Notes: generated from the letters alone by a model not told the origin. 64,000 bases of DNA from Tagaea sp. (GCA_044356395.1 JBIKWI010000001.1:3921-67920), one strand, 5' to 3'. Positions 37,900 to 49,785 are shown, counted from the first letter of the stretch. Numbers and translations are program-made.

Positions 37900-38649
37900 A
37901 TGGCGGCGGCGATCGAAATCAACGGTTTGGGCAAGCGCTTCGGCGACGAAGCCGGGCAGCCCGTGCTTGGCAAGGTCGACCTGTCGATCTCCGAGAACGA
38001 GTTCGTCGTACTGTTGGGTCGCAGCGGCTGCGGAAAGACGACGTTGCTCAACATCGTCGCCGGCCTCGAGCAGGCGAGCGCAGGAAGCGTTCGCGTGGAC
38101 GGCGTGGTCGTCACCGGGCCTGGTAACGGCAAGGGCATGGTCTTCCAGCAGGGGGCCCTTTTTCCTTGGCTGACGGCCAAGCGCAACATCGAGTTCGCTG
38201 CCGTCAATCGTGGCCTGCCGCAGGCCCAGGCGGCGAAGCTCGCGGAAGAGCTGCTGGCACTCGTCGGGCTCGCGGGTTCCGAACACAAGTATCCGTTCGA
38301 ACTTTCCGGCGGCATGCAGCAGCGGGTGGCGATCGCACGTGCCCTGGCCCTCGATCCCAAGATTCTGCTTATGGACGAACCGTTCGGGGCGCTCGACGAG
38401 ATCACGCGCAACGAGATGCAGGACGAGTTGCTGCGCGTGTGGGCGCGTCGCCGCAAGACCGTCGTGTTCGTCACGCACTCGATCTGGGAGGGGCTGATTC
38501 TCGCCGACCGGATCCTCGTGATGGCGCCTCGTCCCGGGCGTATCGTGCTGGAGCGACGCATCGACCTGGCGCGCCCGCGCCGACGCAGCGACCCGCAGCT
38601 CGTCGCCCTCTACGACGAGGTCTGGGCGTGTCTGAGGGGCGAAGAATGA
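37900..38649 (+). CDS. ABC transporter ATP-binding protein, NitT/TauT family
   Basis: GRSGCGKTT; LSGGMQQR; LLMDEP. Confidence 0.9.
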   Translation: MAAAIEINGLGKRFGDEAGQPVLGKVDLSISENEFVVLLGRSGCGKTTLLNIVAGLEQASAGSVRVDGVVVTGPGNGKGMVFQQGALFPWLTAKRNIEFAAVNRGLPQAQAAKLAEELLALVGLAGSEHKYPFELSGGMQQRVAIARALALDPKILLMDEPFGALDEITRNEMQDELLRVWARRRKTVVFVTHSIWEGLILADRILVMAPRPGRIVLERRIDLARPRRRSDPQLVALYDEVWACLRGEE

Positions 38650-39437
38650 TCGGCCGGCATGCCGGATGGCTTGTGCCGGTGGCTGTCCTCGCCGCGTTCC
38701 TCGGCCTGTGGGAGTTCGCGGTTGGAGCAGGCTGGCTGCGCCCGATCCAGTTCCCGCCGCCGAGCAAGCTCGCCCGCAGCTTCGTCGACCTTTCGACCGT
38801 CGGCTATCCACAAGGCATAACGCTTTGGGCGCATGCGGGCATCACTTTCCAGCGTATCGTGACCGGGCACCTGCTGGCCGTCGCCCTTGCCGTGCCGCTC
38901 GGCCTGTTGATCGGCAGCCAGCCGCTGCTCGACCGGATGACCGCCCCGATCGTCGCGTTCTGCCGGTCGGTCGCCACGCTGAGCTTGCTTCCGCTCGCGA
39001 TCGTCTGGTTCGGGACCGGCGAGGGCGCCAAGATTTTCCTGATCGGCTATGGCTGCTTCTGGGTCATGTTGTCGGCAAGCATCGCGGCGGTCCAGCTCGT
39101 CGATCCGGTCCTGATCCGCGCCGCGCGCACGATGGATGCCGACGCCCGTACGATTTTCCGGCAGGTGATGCTCCCTGCCTCGCTGCCGCGCCTTCTGGCG
39201 GGGGCGCGCACGGCATTGGGCGTCGGCTTCATGGTCATCGTGGGCGCCGAGATGATCGGCACGATCCACGGACTCGGATCGCTGATCATGGAGGCGCGGA
39301 CCTTCTACCGCACGGACATCACGATGGTCGGCATGTTCTGCATCGGCGGCTTCGGGATCGGCGTGATGCTCGTCCTTGCGCGCGTCGAAGCCTGGCTCGT
39401 CCCGTGGCAGGCAAGGCAGGAGGCGCAGCAGCGATGA
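38646..39437 (+). CDS. ABC transporter permease, NitT/TauT family
   Basis: Start [12 protein letters not shown] (ATGA overlap with the ATPase stop). Confidence 0.85.
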   Translation: MIGRHAGWLVPVAVLAAFLGLWEFAVGAGWLRPIQFPPPSKLARSFVDLSTVGYPQGITLWAHAGITFQRIVTGHLLAVALAVPLGLLIGSQPLLDRMTAPIVAFCRSVATLSLLPLAIVWFGTGEGAKIFLIGYGCFWVMLSASIAAVQLVDPVLIRAARTMDADARTIFRQVMLPASLPRLLAGARTALGVGFMVIVGAEMIGTIHGLGSLIMEARTFYRTDITMVGMFCIGGFGIGVMLVLARVEAWLVPWQARQEAQQR

Positions 39438-40201
39438 CGCGAGCGCCGGGAGCCGTTGAGCGCTACGCTGGCCTGATCGGGGTCGTCATGTTCCTCGGTC
39501 TATGGGAGCTGGCCGCCCGTTTCGGCTGGCGAAATCCTGCGATCATGCCGGCGCCGAGCCAGGCGATACTTGTCGCGCTATCGACGGTTCCGCTCCTCAC
39601 GCTTGTCGAACATGTCGCGACAAGCCTGTGGCGGATCCTTGCGGGGTTCTCGCTCGGCGCTTTGGCGGGAATCGCCCTCGGGATTGCCGCCGGCTGGTAT
39701 CGACCGGTCGCCCTCGTCAGCCGTCCCTTCGTCGAGATCCTGCGACCGATCCCGCCGCTTGCCTGGATCCCGATCGCGATCGTCTGGTTCGGGATCGGCG
39801 AACCTTCGAAAATTTTCGTCATCTTCCTCGGCACGTTCTTTCCGGTCTTCAGCAGCGCCGCACGCGGCATGGCATCGATCCAGCCCGCGATCCTGCGCGC
39901 GGCCCGGACGATGGACGTGGACGGACTGCGACTGCTCGTCAAGGTCGCGGTTCCGGCCGCGATGCCGGATATCGCGACGGGGCTGCGCATCGGCTTCGGC
40001 CTCGGCTTCGGCGTGCTCGTGGCGGCCGAACTAATCGCCGCCGAGCGCGGCATGGGCCATCTCGTCATGGAAGCCCGCCAGCTCGGACAGCTCGGCATCT
40101 CGGTCTTCGGAATATTCCTGATCGGACTCGTGAATCTCGTCGCCGACCAGCAACTCGCCGCGGCAATCCGCCGGACGGTGGGGCGCTGGCACCATTTCTA
40201 G
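39434..40201 (+). CDS. ABC transporter permease, NitT/TauT family
   Basis: Start [13 protein letters not shown] (ATGA overlap). Confidence 0.85.
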   Translation: MTRAPGAVERYAGLIGVVMFLGLWELAARFGWRNPAIMPAPSQAILVALSTVPLLTLVEHVATSLWRILAGFSLGALAGIALGIAAGWYRPVALVSRPFVEILRPIPPLAWIPIAIVWFGIGEPSKIFVIFLGTFFPVFSSAARGMASIQPAILRAARTMDVDGLRLLVKVAVPAAMPDIATGLRIGFGLGFGVLVAAELIAAERGMGHLVMEARQLGQLGISVFGIFLIGLVNLVADQQLAAAIRRTVGRWHHF

Positions 40202-40220
40202 AAACAGAGGAGGCAACGCC

Positions 40221-41255
40221 ATGGATCGCCGGACATTCCTTGCCACGACCACCGCAGTACTCGTCTCGCCAGCGATCGCCAAGGCCCAGGCGCGCCCGGA
40301 GATTTCGAAGCTCGGGATCGGTTTCGGGCTCGATCCGGTCTTCGCGCCGCACATCGTCGCCATGCAGAAGGGTTGGCTGCGCGAGGCGGGCTTCACCGAG
40401 ATCACCACGCCGAGCTTCACCAGTGGCGCGCTCGCCGGCGAGGCGCTGATCGGCGGTCAGATCCATCTCTGGACGCCGGGCAACCAGCCACCGATTTCGA
40501 TGGCGAACTCCGGCGTGCCGGCGGTCGTACTCGGCACGAACTGCATCGCCGCGAAGGCCGAGCAACTGATCGTGCGCAACGACGCGAACGTGAGCAAGCC
40601 CGAAGACCTGTACCGCATAAAGATAGGACTGCTTGCGGGGTCGACTGCCAGTGCCACGCTCCACAATCTCGCAAAGCTCTACAAGCTTGACGAGAGCAAG
40701 CTGCAGGTCGTCAACATGCCGCCGCCCGAGCAACTTGCCGGCCTTACCAGCAACAACATCCAAGCCTTGTTGTGCTGGCAGCCGTGGGCGCACAATGCCT
40801 TGAAGCTCGGAAACACCTCGATGCTGCATTCCGGCACCAACAGCGGCTTTGCCGCCAACAAGGGGGCGGCTGTCGCCGTCTCGGCGACGCGTTCGATATT
40901 CGTCGCGAGCGAGGAATTCGTGCGGAAGAATCCGGTTGCGACCCGCACGCTGATGGCCGTTCTCGTCCGTGGCCAGAAGTATGTGGCGAACCCCGCCAAC
41001 CGGGCCGAAGTTCTGGAACTGGTGTCCGCGCAGACCAAGCAGGACAGATCCCTCGTCGAGGCGATCTGGGGGGACTACGACTTCAATCCGGCATTCGACG
41101 ACGCTTATGTGGCCGATATGGAATCGATGAGCGGCTACCTCGTCGCCTCGGGCCGCATCAGGGCACCCAAGCATCCGCTGGACTACACGTTCTCGGACCC
41201 GGTTGCGGCGGCCGATCCGGCGCTTGTACGTCGCCCCGGCCGCTGGAAGACCTGA
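40221..41255 (+). CDS. ABC transporter substrate-binding protein, NitT/TauT (NMT1-like) family
   Basis: Start MDRRTFLATTTAVLVSPAIAKAQA, a Tat-like signal. Confidence 0.8.
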   Translation: MDRRTFLATTTAVLVSPAIAKAQARPEISKLGIGFGLDPVFAPHIVAMQKGWLREAGFTEITTPSFTSGALAGEALIGGQIHLWTPGNQPPISMANSGVPAVVLGTNCIAAKAEQLIVRNDANVSKPEDLYRIKIGLLAGSTASATLHNLAKLYKLDESKLQVVNMPPPEQLAGLTSNNIQALLCWQPWAHNALKLGNTSMLHSGTNSGFAANKGAAVAVSATRSIFVASEEFVRKNPVATRTLMAVLVRGQKYVANPANRAEVLELVSAQTKQDRSLVEAIWGDYDFNPAFDDAYVADMESMSGYLVASGRIRAPKHPLDYTFSDPVAAADPALVRRPGRWKT

Positions 41256-41260
41256 GCCGG

Positions 41261-42286
41261 ATGGCGCGGGTCGGGATCGCGTTCGTCGGCACCGGATCGA
41301 TTGCCGACTATCATCTGGCCGGACTGGGCGCGGTCCCGAATGCCGACGTGCGCGTCATCGTCGGCCGCGATGCGGACAAGACACAGGCTGCGGCCGCCCG
41401 CTACGGCATCGCCGACGCAAGCGTGGACCTTCCCACCGCTCTTGGCAGGCGGGACGTCGAGGCTGTCATCATCGCAACGCCCGACGACACGCACGAGGCC
41501 ATTGCGGCGGAGGCGGCGGACAGGGGAAAGGCGGTCCTCCTGCAGAAGCCGATGGCGGCCGACAGTTCGGCCTGCCGGCGGATCATCGCCACGGCGGCGG
41601 CGGCAAACGTCGATCTGCAGGTCAGCTTCATGCACCGGTATTTCGAAGAGTTCCGCATGGCACGCGAACTCGTCGCCGACGGCGCCATCGGCGAAGTGAC
41701 GAGTGTCCGCCTGCGCAACGCAACGCCGGGTCCAGACTGGGCCGACTGGTTCTTCAAGAAGTCGCGCGTCGCCGGCGGCGTCGTCCTTCAGCTCGGCGTT
41801 CATGGAATCGACCTGCTGACGCAGATGTGCGGCCACGTGGCCGCCGTATCGGCAACGACGGCGATCCTGCGTGCCGAACGCCTGCTGGCCGACGGACGCC
41901 GCGTGGCCGTCGAGAACCCGGACAGCGCATGGGCGGTCTACTCGATGGCTAACGGAACGGTGGCATCGCACGAGATGTCGATGATCGAAGCGAGGGGCTG
42001 CGACCGGTTCAGGTTCGAGATCTACGGGACGAAAGGCACCATCTGGCTGCGGAGCGAACTGGGCCCGCTCGCACTGGATTGCGGTGACGGAAAAGGATGG
42101 AAAATGCCGGTCGTTCCGACGCCGCCATTCGGCCAGCGCCAGCATCAGCGCTGGATCGACGGGATCACCGGCACAAAGACGCGCGAGCGGACGGCGCTTG
42201 ACGCATTGAACGGCATCCTGATCGCCGAAGCGATCGGACGATCCAGCGCAGTCTCCGGCGCCCGCGTATCGGTGGAGTCCGCATGA
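41261..42286 (+). CDS. Gfo/Idh/MocA family oxidoreductase
   Basis: Start MARVGIAFVGTGSIADYH; LQKPM motif. Confidence 0.85.
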   Translation: MARVGIAFVGTGSIADYHLAGLGAVPNADVRVIVGRDADKTQAAAARYGIADASVDLPTALGRRDVEAVIIATPDDTHEAIAAEAADRGKAVLLQKPMAADSSACRRIIATAAAANVDLQVSFMHRYFEEFRMARELVADGAIGEVTSVRLRNATPGPDWADWFFKKSRVAGGVVLQLGVHGIDLLTQMCGHVAAVSATTAILRAERLLADGRRVAVENPDSAWAVYSMANGTVASHEMSMIEARGCDRFRFEIYGTKGTIWLRSELGPLALDCGDGKGWKMPVVPTPPFGQRQHQRWIDGITGTKTRERTALDALNGILIAEAIGRSSAVSGARVSVESA

Positions 42287-43302
42287 TCCGCATCGCGATC
42301 CTGAGTTTCGCGCATTACCACGCGAACTTCTGGGCCGAGGCCTTCCTGGCCGAGCCGGATGTCGTCTTGGCGGCGATCTGGGACGACGATGTCGCGCGGG
42401 GTACGGAGGCAGCCGGTCGTTTCGGCGTGCCGTTCGTCCCGGACCTCGATCGGGCGATCGACGCCTGCGATGCCGTTGCCGTCTGCAGCGAAACCGTGGC
42501 GCATGCCCCGCTGATCGAGCGTGCCGCGAAGGCAGGGCGAGCCGTCCTGTGCGAGAAGCCGATCGCCATCGACCTGATCGAGGCCGCGCGCATCGGGGCG
42601 GCTGTGCGCGATGGCGGAATTGCGTTCATGCAGAGCTTTCCAAAGCGCTTCGATCCGGCGTCGCACGAGCTACGACGACTCGTGATGTCGGGCGAACTCG
42701 GACGGATCGGTCTCGTCCGCATCCGTCACGGCCACTTCTATGGCCTTGAGGCCGACTTTGCGAGTCGCTGGTACGTCGATCCGGCCAGATCCGGCGGCGG
42801 AGCCCTCCTCGACGAGGGCGTCCACGCAGCGGACTTCCTCTGCTGGACCTTCGGCATGCCCAGGAGCGTACTCGCGTCGGCCTCGTCGGCGCTCGGGTTG
42901 CCGGTCGAAGATCAGGCAATCGCGTTGTTCGAGTATGCGGATGGGATGACGGCCGAAGTCATCGCGAGTTTCGCGTTCGCGGCGGCGGACACGTCGATCG
43001 AGATTTACGGCTCGAACGGAACCGCACTTCTCTCGGGCGTCGATCTGGCGTCGCGCGATATCTCGAAAGGCCCGTTTCTCCGGACATTCACGCGAGACCA
43101 GGTCGTCCGGGAGTGGACCCCTTCGCCGTTGGTCCCGCAGTTCAAGCTAGGCTGGTTCCACCACCAGAACGCCATCGCGTTCGCTGCCGCGCTGCGACGT
43201 GGCGAGGCGCCGCCGATATCGCTGGACGACGGCATCCGTGCATTGACGATGATCGCACGTGCCTACGAATCGGTGCGGAGCGGCCGACGCATCGAATTCT
43301 AG
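42283..43302 (+). CDS. Gfo/Idh/MocA family oxidoreductase
   Basis: Start MIRIAILSFAHYHANFWAEAF; CEKPI motif; ATGA overlap with the upstream gene. Confidence 0.85.
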   Translation: MIRIAILSFAHYHANFWAEAFLAEPDVVLAAIWDDDVARGTEAAGRFGVPFVPDLDRAIDACDAVAVCSETVAHAPLIERAAKAGRAVLCEKPIAIDLIEAARIGAAVRDGGIAFMQSFPKRFDPASHELRRLVMSGELGRIGLVRIRHGHFYGLEADFASRWYVDPARSGGGALLDEGVHAADFLCWTFGMPRSVLASASSALGLPVEDQAIALFEYADGMTAEVIASFAFAAADTSIEIYGSNGTALLSGVDLASRDISKGPFLRTFTRDQVVREWTPSPLVPQFKLGWFHHQNAIAFAAALRRGEAPPISLDDGIRALTMIARAYESVRSGRRIEF

Positions 43303-43318
43303 ACGTCCGGACGCGCCG

Positions 43319-44116
43319 TCAGGCATTCGTCTCCGCGGCGCGCATTGCTTCGACGCGGATCTCCTCGGTGAGACGCGCCTTGAGGGCCGAAAACTCGGGG
43401 CTTGTCTTGACCGTGTAGTGGCGCGGATGCGGCAGATCGACCGGGATGTCGGCCTTGATGCGGCCGGGCCGTGCGGTCATCACCAGGACGCGAGAAGCCA
43501 TAAAGATCGCCTCTTCGATATCGTGGGTAACGAAGATCACGGTCTTGCGGTCCCGTTCCCAGATGCCGAGCAGCAGTTCCTGCATGAGCCCGCGGGTCTG
43601 GTTGTCGAGCGCGCCGAACGGCTCGTCGAGAAGAAGAATTTCGGGATCGTTGGCAAGGGCACGCGCGATCGCGGTTCTCTGCTGCATGCCCCCGGAGAGT
43701 TGCTTGGGCAGGTGCTTCTCGAAGCCCTTCAAGCCGACCCTGTCGACATATATCGAGACCGACTCGGCGATCTCGCGCTCCGTCACGCCGCGTTCGCGCA
43801 GGCCGAAGGCCACGTTGTCGGCCACCGTCAGCCACGGGAACAGCGTATAGGACTGGAAAACCATGCCGCGATCGGGGCCGGGGCCTTCGATCGCGTGCCC
43901 GTCGAGCAGCACGCGCCCGGTACTTGGCCGGTCGAGCCCGGCGACGATGCGCAACAGGGTCGATTTCCCGCAACCCGAGGGGCCCAGGATCGTGATGAAG
44001 TCGTTCCGGGCGATCGAAAGTCCGGTGGGCTCGAGCGCCTTGAGTGCTGGCCTGCCGCCCACGCCCGGAAACGTGCGCGACACGCCTTCGACACGCAGCT
44101 TCGGCGTCTCCGTCAT
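43319..44116 (-). CDS. ABC transporter ATP-binding protein, NitT/TauT family
   Basis: Start MTETPKLRVEG; GPSGCGKST; LSGGMQQR; LLLDEP. Confidence 0.9.
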   Translation of the reverse strand: MTETPKLRVEGVSRTFPGVGGRPALKALEPTGLSIARNDFITILGPSGCGKSTLLRIVAGLDRPSTGRVLLDGHAIEGPGPDRGMVFQSYTLFPWLTVADNVAFGLRERGVTEREIAESVSIYVDRVGLKGFEKHLPKQLSGGMQQRTAIARALANDPEILLLDEPFGALDNQTRGLMQELLLGIWERDRKTVIFVTHDIEEAIFMASRVLVMTARPGRIKADIPVDLPHPRHYTVKTSPEFSALKARLTEEIRVEAMRAAETNA

Positions 44117-44895
44117 GCCAGCCGCCAGCCGAAGAACACGCGATTGACGGCCTTGAACGCGAAGTCTGATATCAGGCCGATAAGTCCGATCACGATGATG
44201 CCGAATACGATCTGGCCGGTCGCCATCAACGCCTGGCTTTCGATGATCATGTGGCCGATGCCCGACGAGGAGCCGATCAGTTCGGCGACGATCACGTAGG
44301 TCCACGCCCAGCCGAGCACGAGGCGCAGGATCTCGGCGATCTCCGGCGCGTTGGCCGGGATCAGGACGCGGCGAACGACGCTGGCGGAGCTTGCGCCCAG
44401 CGTATAGGCCGCCTCGACGAGGTCGCGCCGGGTATTGCCGACCGCGACGGCGACCATCAGCACGATCTGGAAGACCGAACCGATGAAGATGACGAGCAGC
44501 TTCTGCGTCTCGCCGATTCCGGCCCAAAGGATGAGCAGCGGCACGAAGGCGGAGGCCGGCAGATAGCGTGCGAAGGAAACGAACGGTTCGAGGAACGCCT
44601 CGACGGTCTTGTAGGCACCCATCAGGATGCCGAGCGGAACGGCGACGAGAGCCGCGAGCGCGAAGCCGCCGACCACCCGCCACACGGTAACCCCGATGTC
44701 GTGCGAGAAGCCGAACTTGGTGAGCAGCAGCCAGCCGTCCTTCACCATCGTGATGGGGTCGGCGAGGAAGATGATCGGCACGAAGCCGCTGAGCGTCGCC
44801 GCGGCCCAGGCGAGGAAGAAAACGACGAAGAACGCGACCCCCAGCACGATACGCGCGGGGCGGCCCACGGGTTCGAGCGGCCGGAAAAGGGTCAT
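44113..44895 (-). CDS. ABC transporter permease, NitT/TauT family
   Basis: Start MTLFRPLEPVG; ATGA overlap with the ATPase start. Confidence 0.85.
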   Translation of the reverse strand: MTLFRPLEPVGRPARIVLGVAFFVVFFLAWAAATLSGFVPIIFLADPITMVKDGWLLLTKFGFSHDIGVTVWRVVGGFALAALVAVPLGILMGAYKTVEAFLEPFVSFARYLPASAFVPLLILWAGIGETQKLLVIFIGSVFQIVLMVAVAVGNTRRDLVEAAYTLGASSASVVRRVLIPANAPEIAEILRLVLGWAWTYVIVAELIGSSSGIGHMIIESQALMATGQIVFGIIVIGLIGLISDFAFKAVNRVFFGWRLA

Positions 44896-44950
44896 GGCGC
44901 GGTCAGTGCGGGCAGGCGCCGGATACGGGGGTGCACCCGGCGCCCGTCCG

Positions 44951-45892
44951 TCACTGGATGAAGCGCGTGTCGACGAGCGAAGCGATGTCCGGCTTCGCCT
45001 TGATGATGCCGATCTCGAGAAGCAGGTCGGCAGCTTCGTTCGAGAAGGCCTGGAACTCGCCCTCGAAGAACTTCTTGTTGGCCGCCTTGTCCTGCCAGCG
45101 CAGATACTGCGACGACGCCGCGAACTGCGCGCCGGTCTGCTTGACATCGGCACCCATGATCTCGTTCGCCTTTGCCGGCTCTTTCGCGATCATTTCGATC
45201 GCCTGGAAGTAGCTGTCTGCAAGTGCCTTGCCGGCGGCCGGATTGTCGGCCAGGAACTTCGGCGTACAGCCGAACGTGTCCATGATCATCGGATAGTCGA
45301 GCGTCGTGGCGATGATCTTGCCGGCCTGCGGGGCCGCGCGCACCGAGGAAAGGTACGGCTCGTACGTCATCGCCGCGTCGTTCTGGCCGGCGATGAAGAC
45401 CTGCGCGGCCGGACCCGGTTCGAGATTGACGACCGTGACGTCCTTGACCGACAGCCCGTTCTTCTTGAGGAACCAGGCGAGGGTGAAGTAGGGGGCCGTA
45501 CCCGGCGCCGAGGCGGCGACCGTCTTGCCCTTGAGGTCCTTGATCGACGCGATCGAATTGCGCACGACCATGCCGTCGGCCCCGTAGCTCTTGTCGAGTT
45601 GGAAGATCTGCTTGGTGGCCACGCCATTGGCGTTCCAGACGACCCAGGTTTCCACGGTCGTCGCCGCGCAAGCGACCTGCCTGGACTGGATCGCGAGATG
45701 ACGGCTCGCCTGCGGGATCTTCGACATCGTCACATCGAGACCGTTCTTCTGGAAGATGCCGGCCTCCTTGGCGAGCGTGAGCGGGGCAAACCCCGTCCAG
45801 CCGCTGTAGCCGATGGTGAGCTTCGTCTGTGCCGACGCGGGCGACAGGGCGGCCGCAGCCCCCAGCGATAGCGCCACGATCCATGCCTTCAT
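44951..45892 (-). CDS. ABC transporter substrate-binding protein, NitT/TauT family, Sec signal
   Basis: Start MKAWIVALSLGAAAALSPASAQ; GGAGG 6 nt upstream of the ATG (minus-strand reading). Confidence 0.8.
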   Translation of the reverse strand: MKAWIVALSLGAAAALSPASAQTKLTIGYSGWTGFAPLTLAKEAGIFQKNGLDVTMSKIPQASRHLAIQSRQVACAATTVETWVVWNANGVATKQIFQLDKSYGADGMVVRNSIASIKDLKGKTVAASAPGTAPYFTLAWFLKKNGLSVKDVTVVNLEPGPAAQVFIAGQNDAAMTYEPYLSSVRAAPQAGKIIATTLDYPMIMDTFGCTPKFLADNPAAGKALADSYFQAIEMIAKEPAKANEIMGADVKQTGAQFAASSQYLRWQDKAANKKFFEGEFQAFSNEAADLLLEIGIIKAKPDIASLVDTRFIQ

Positions 45893-45996
45893 TTCCGCCT
45901 CCATGCCTGGTATCCGGGGCCGGTCGGCCCTTGTTGGCGCGATGTTAGGCGGCCCGGCGGTGGTTTGTATAGGGGAGGTTGCAAGTTCGGGGCCGC

Positions 45997-46929
45997 CTAT
46001 TCGTAGATCGCGACCTTGGCCGGCTGAATCGACGTGACGGAGCCGCGATACATGCCCTCCGTATTGTACGGCAAGGCGACATTGCCGTGCCGGTCGACGG
46101 CGACCAGCCCCGCACCGCATTCCCAGTCGCGCAATTCGGCCACCATGTCGGCCGTCGCCTTCTCCAGGCTATGGCCGAGATATGCCATGCGTGCCGATAT
46201 CTCGTGCGCCAGGACCTTGCGGATGAAGTACTCGCCCTTGCCGGTGCCAGAGACGGCACAGGTCGCGTTGTTGGCATAGGTGCCCGCCCCGACGATCGGC
46301 GTGTCGCCGACGCGTCCGACCGGCTTGTTCGTGTAGCCGCCGGTCGAGGTGGCGGCGGCAAGGTTGCCGTGCCGGTCGCGCGCGACGGCGCCGACGGTGC
46401 CGTGCTTCTGCGCCTCGTTGGCTTTGGCGGCCTGGCCCTTGGCGGCCAGTTCCTTCATCTCCGCCAGCATCTGGCGCCGCTGCTCGGTTCCGAAATAGTC
46501 CTGCGGCACGGTCTGGTAGCCGTTGCGCCGCGCGAATTCGTCCGCACCCTTGCCCTGCAGCAGCAGGAAATCTCCCGACGCCATGACGCCGCGCGCAACG
46601 CGGACCGGATTGCGCATCGTCGTTGCACCAGTCACGGCACCGGCTTCGAGCGTGCGCCCGTCCATGATCGCGGCATCGAGTTCGTGGCCGCCCGCCTCGT
46701 TGAAAGCGGCGCCATGGCCGGCATTGAAGACAGCGGCATCCTCCATGACGACGACGGCGGCTTCGACGGCATCGAGCGCCGCACCGCCATCGCGCAGGAT
46801 TGCCGCTCCGGCGGCAAGCGAGGCGTGCAGCGCCGCGTGCACGTCGGCGGCGAACTTCTCGGGGATCGTCTTGCGCGGCAGCACGCCGCAGCCGCCATGA
46901 ATGGCGAGCGAGAATTCCGGACCGTTCAT
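45997..46929 (-). CDS. Isoaspartyl peptidase / L-asparaginase (Ntn-hydrolase, plant-type asparaginase family)
   Basis: Start MNGPEFSLAIHGGCG; autoprocessing site region GTVGAVARD with downstream TSTGG; ATGA overlap with the upstream ATPase stop. The 742-aa ORF is an extension. Confidence 0.85.
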   Translation of the reverse strand: MNGPEFSLAIHGGCGVLPRKTIPEKFAADVHAALHASLAAGAAILRDGGAALDAVEAAVVVMEDAAVFNAGHGAAFNEAGGHELDAAIMDGRTLEAGAVTGATTMRNPVRVARGVMASGDFLLLQGKGADEFARRNGYQTVPQDYFGTEQRRQMLAEMKELAAKGQAAKANEAQKHGTVGAVARDRHGNLAAATSTGGYTNKPVGRVGDTPIVGAGTYANNATCAVSGTGKGEYFIRKVLAHEISARMAYLGHSLEKATADMVAELRDWECGAGLVAVDRHGNVALPYNTEGMYRGSVTSIQPAKVAIYE

Positions 46930-47941
46930 CGCGATGTCTCCGTTTCGAGGTCGAGCTCTTCGGCGCGCAGGCATGCGACCTGGCGATCGCCCAGCGTCCG
47001 CAGTGCCGGCCGCTCGGTCCGGCAACGGACTTCGGCGTGCGGACAGCGGAGATGGAAGTGGCAGCCGGGCGGCGGATCGAGCGGCGAGGGCAGCTCGCCC
47101 TGGATCGGGCGGAAGGCGATCTCCGCTTCGGCATCGAGCCGCAGCTTGGGCATGCTGTCGAGAAGCGCTCGGGTGTAGGGATGGCGCGGCGCCTTGAAGA
47201 TCCCTTGCGTGTCGCCCAGCTCGACGATGCGACCCAGATACATGATCGCGATCCGGTCTGACACGTGGCGTACGAGGCCCAGATCGTGGCTGATGAAAAG
47301 CATCGTCAGGCCCAGATCCCGGCGCAGCTTCAGGAACAGGTTGATGATCTGCGCCTGGATCGACACGTCGAGCGAAGCGACTGGCTCGTCGCACACGAGA
47401 ACGTCGGGGCGCATGGCAAGGGCACGCGCGATCGCGATGCGCTGGCGCTGTCCGCCGGAGAATTGGTGCGGGTAGCGCTCTGCCACCGCCGGATCGAGGC
47501 CGACGGTCGAAAGCCAGCGCGCCGTGTCCGCCCGGATTTCGGCCGCCGGAACGATGCCGTTGGCGACCGGGCCTTCGGACACGATATCGCCGACCCGCAT
47601 GCGCGGATCCAGCGAGGCGAACGGGTCCTGGAAGACCATCTGCACGCGCGTCGTCGTCTTGACGGGACGTCCCGTCTCGGCGAGCAGCGGCACCCCGTCG
47701 AGATGCGCATGACCCGTGCTGGGCTGGAGGATGCCGGCGATCATCCGTCCGAGGGTCGATTTGCCGCAACCGGACTCGCCGACGAGGCCAAGCACCTCGC
47801 CCTTGCGGATGTCGAGCGATACGCTGTCGACCGCATGGACAGGGCGCGGAAGGCTGCCGCCCGCGAGAGCCGCGAGCCGCTCGCCCAGCGTGGGCGACTG
47901 CCGGAACAGCTTCGATGCGTTCGCGACCGAAACGAGCGGGG

Positions 47942-47945
<4 letters not shown>
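46926..47945 (-). CDS. Peptide ABC transporter ATP-binding protein (DppF/GsiA C-terminal-half-like)
   Basis: GESGCGKST; FSGGQRQR; CDEPVASLD; C-terminal oligopeptide-transporter extension. Confidence 0.9.
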
Positions 47946-48906
<961 letters not shown>

Positions 48907-48910
<4 letters not shown>

Positions 48911-49785
48911 CGGCGGAGCCTCGGATTCAGCTGGTCGCGGATCTGGTCGCCGACGAGGTTGATCGCGACGATGAGCACGATCAGCGCCACGCCTGGATAG
49001 ATCGAGATCCAGTACCGTCCCGACAGCATGTACTGGAAGCCGTTGGCGATCAGCATGCCCAGCGACGGTTCCGTCACCGGAAGGCCGAGGCCGAGGAAGG
49101 AGAGCGTGGCTTCGAGCGCGATCGAGTTTGCGACCTGTACCGTCGCTACGACGATCAGTGGCGGCAGGCAGTTGGGAAGGATGTGCCGAAACACCACGCG
49201 CCGGGCCGAAAGCGGCGTCGACAGCGCCGCGACCACATAATCCTTCGACCGCTCGGCCGAGGCGGCCCCGTGCGCCGTGCGCGCGAAATAGGCGTACTGT
49301 GCGGTGACCAGCGCGGCGACAAGCTGCCATTTCCCGGGACCGAGCACGGCCACGAGCACAAGGGCGAGCAGGATGGCGGGGAAGGAGAGCTGCAGGTCGA
49401 CGAAGCGCATGATCAGCATCTCGATCCTGCCGCCGGCGAATGCAGCGACGGCGCCCAGCGACGCACCGACCACGAAGGCGAAGGTTCCCGCCGCAAGCCC
49501 AACCTGCAGCGAAACGCGTAGGCCGTAGAGGATCGCGGACAGCAGATCGCGCCCCTGCGCGTCGGTGCCAAGCCAGTGAACGAAACCCTTGGTTCCGAGA
49601 AACCCGGGCGGCCGACGTGCATCCGCGAGCACGAGGGTCGCGAGATCGTAGGGATCCTGCGGTGCCACGAGCGGCGCGAAGACCGCCACGCCGACGATCG
49701 CCAGAACGACGCCGAACGCGGCGAGCGCCAAGCGGTTCTCGCGGAATTCCGACCAGAACCGGGCGAGCGGCGTCGCGCCGGTCAT
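48907..49785 (-). CDS. Peptide ABC transporter permease (DppC-like)
   Basis: Start MTGATPLARF; ATGA overlaps at both ends. Confidence 0.85.

Noticed and set aside
45917-45935. Short hairpin GGGCCG-GT-CGGCCC followed by TTGTT between the asparaginase stop and the NitT/TauT SBP start
   Set aside because: The stem is only 6 bp and the T-tract is weak. It is on the plus strand, where no transcript ends. Possibly incidental; not called as a terminator.
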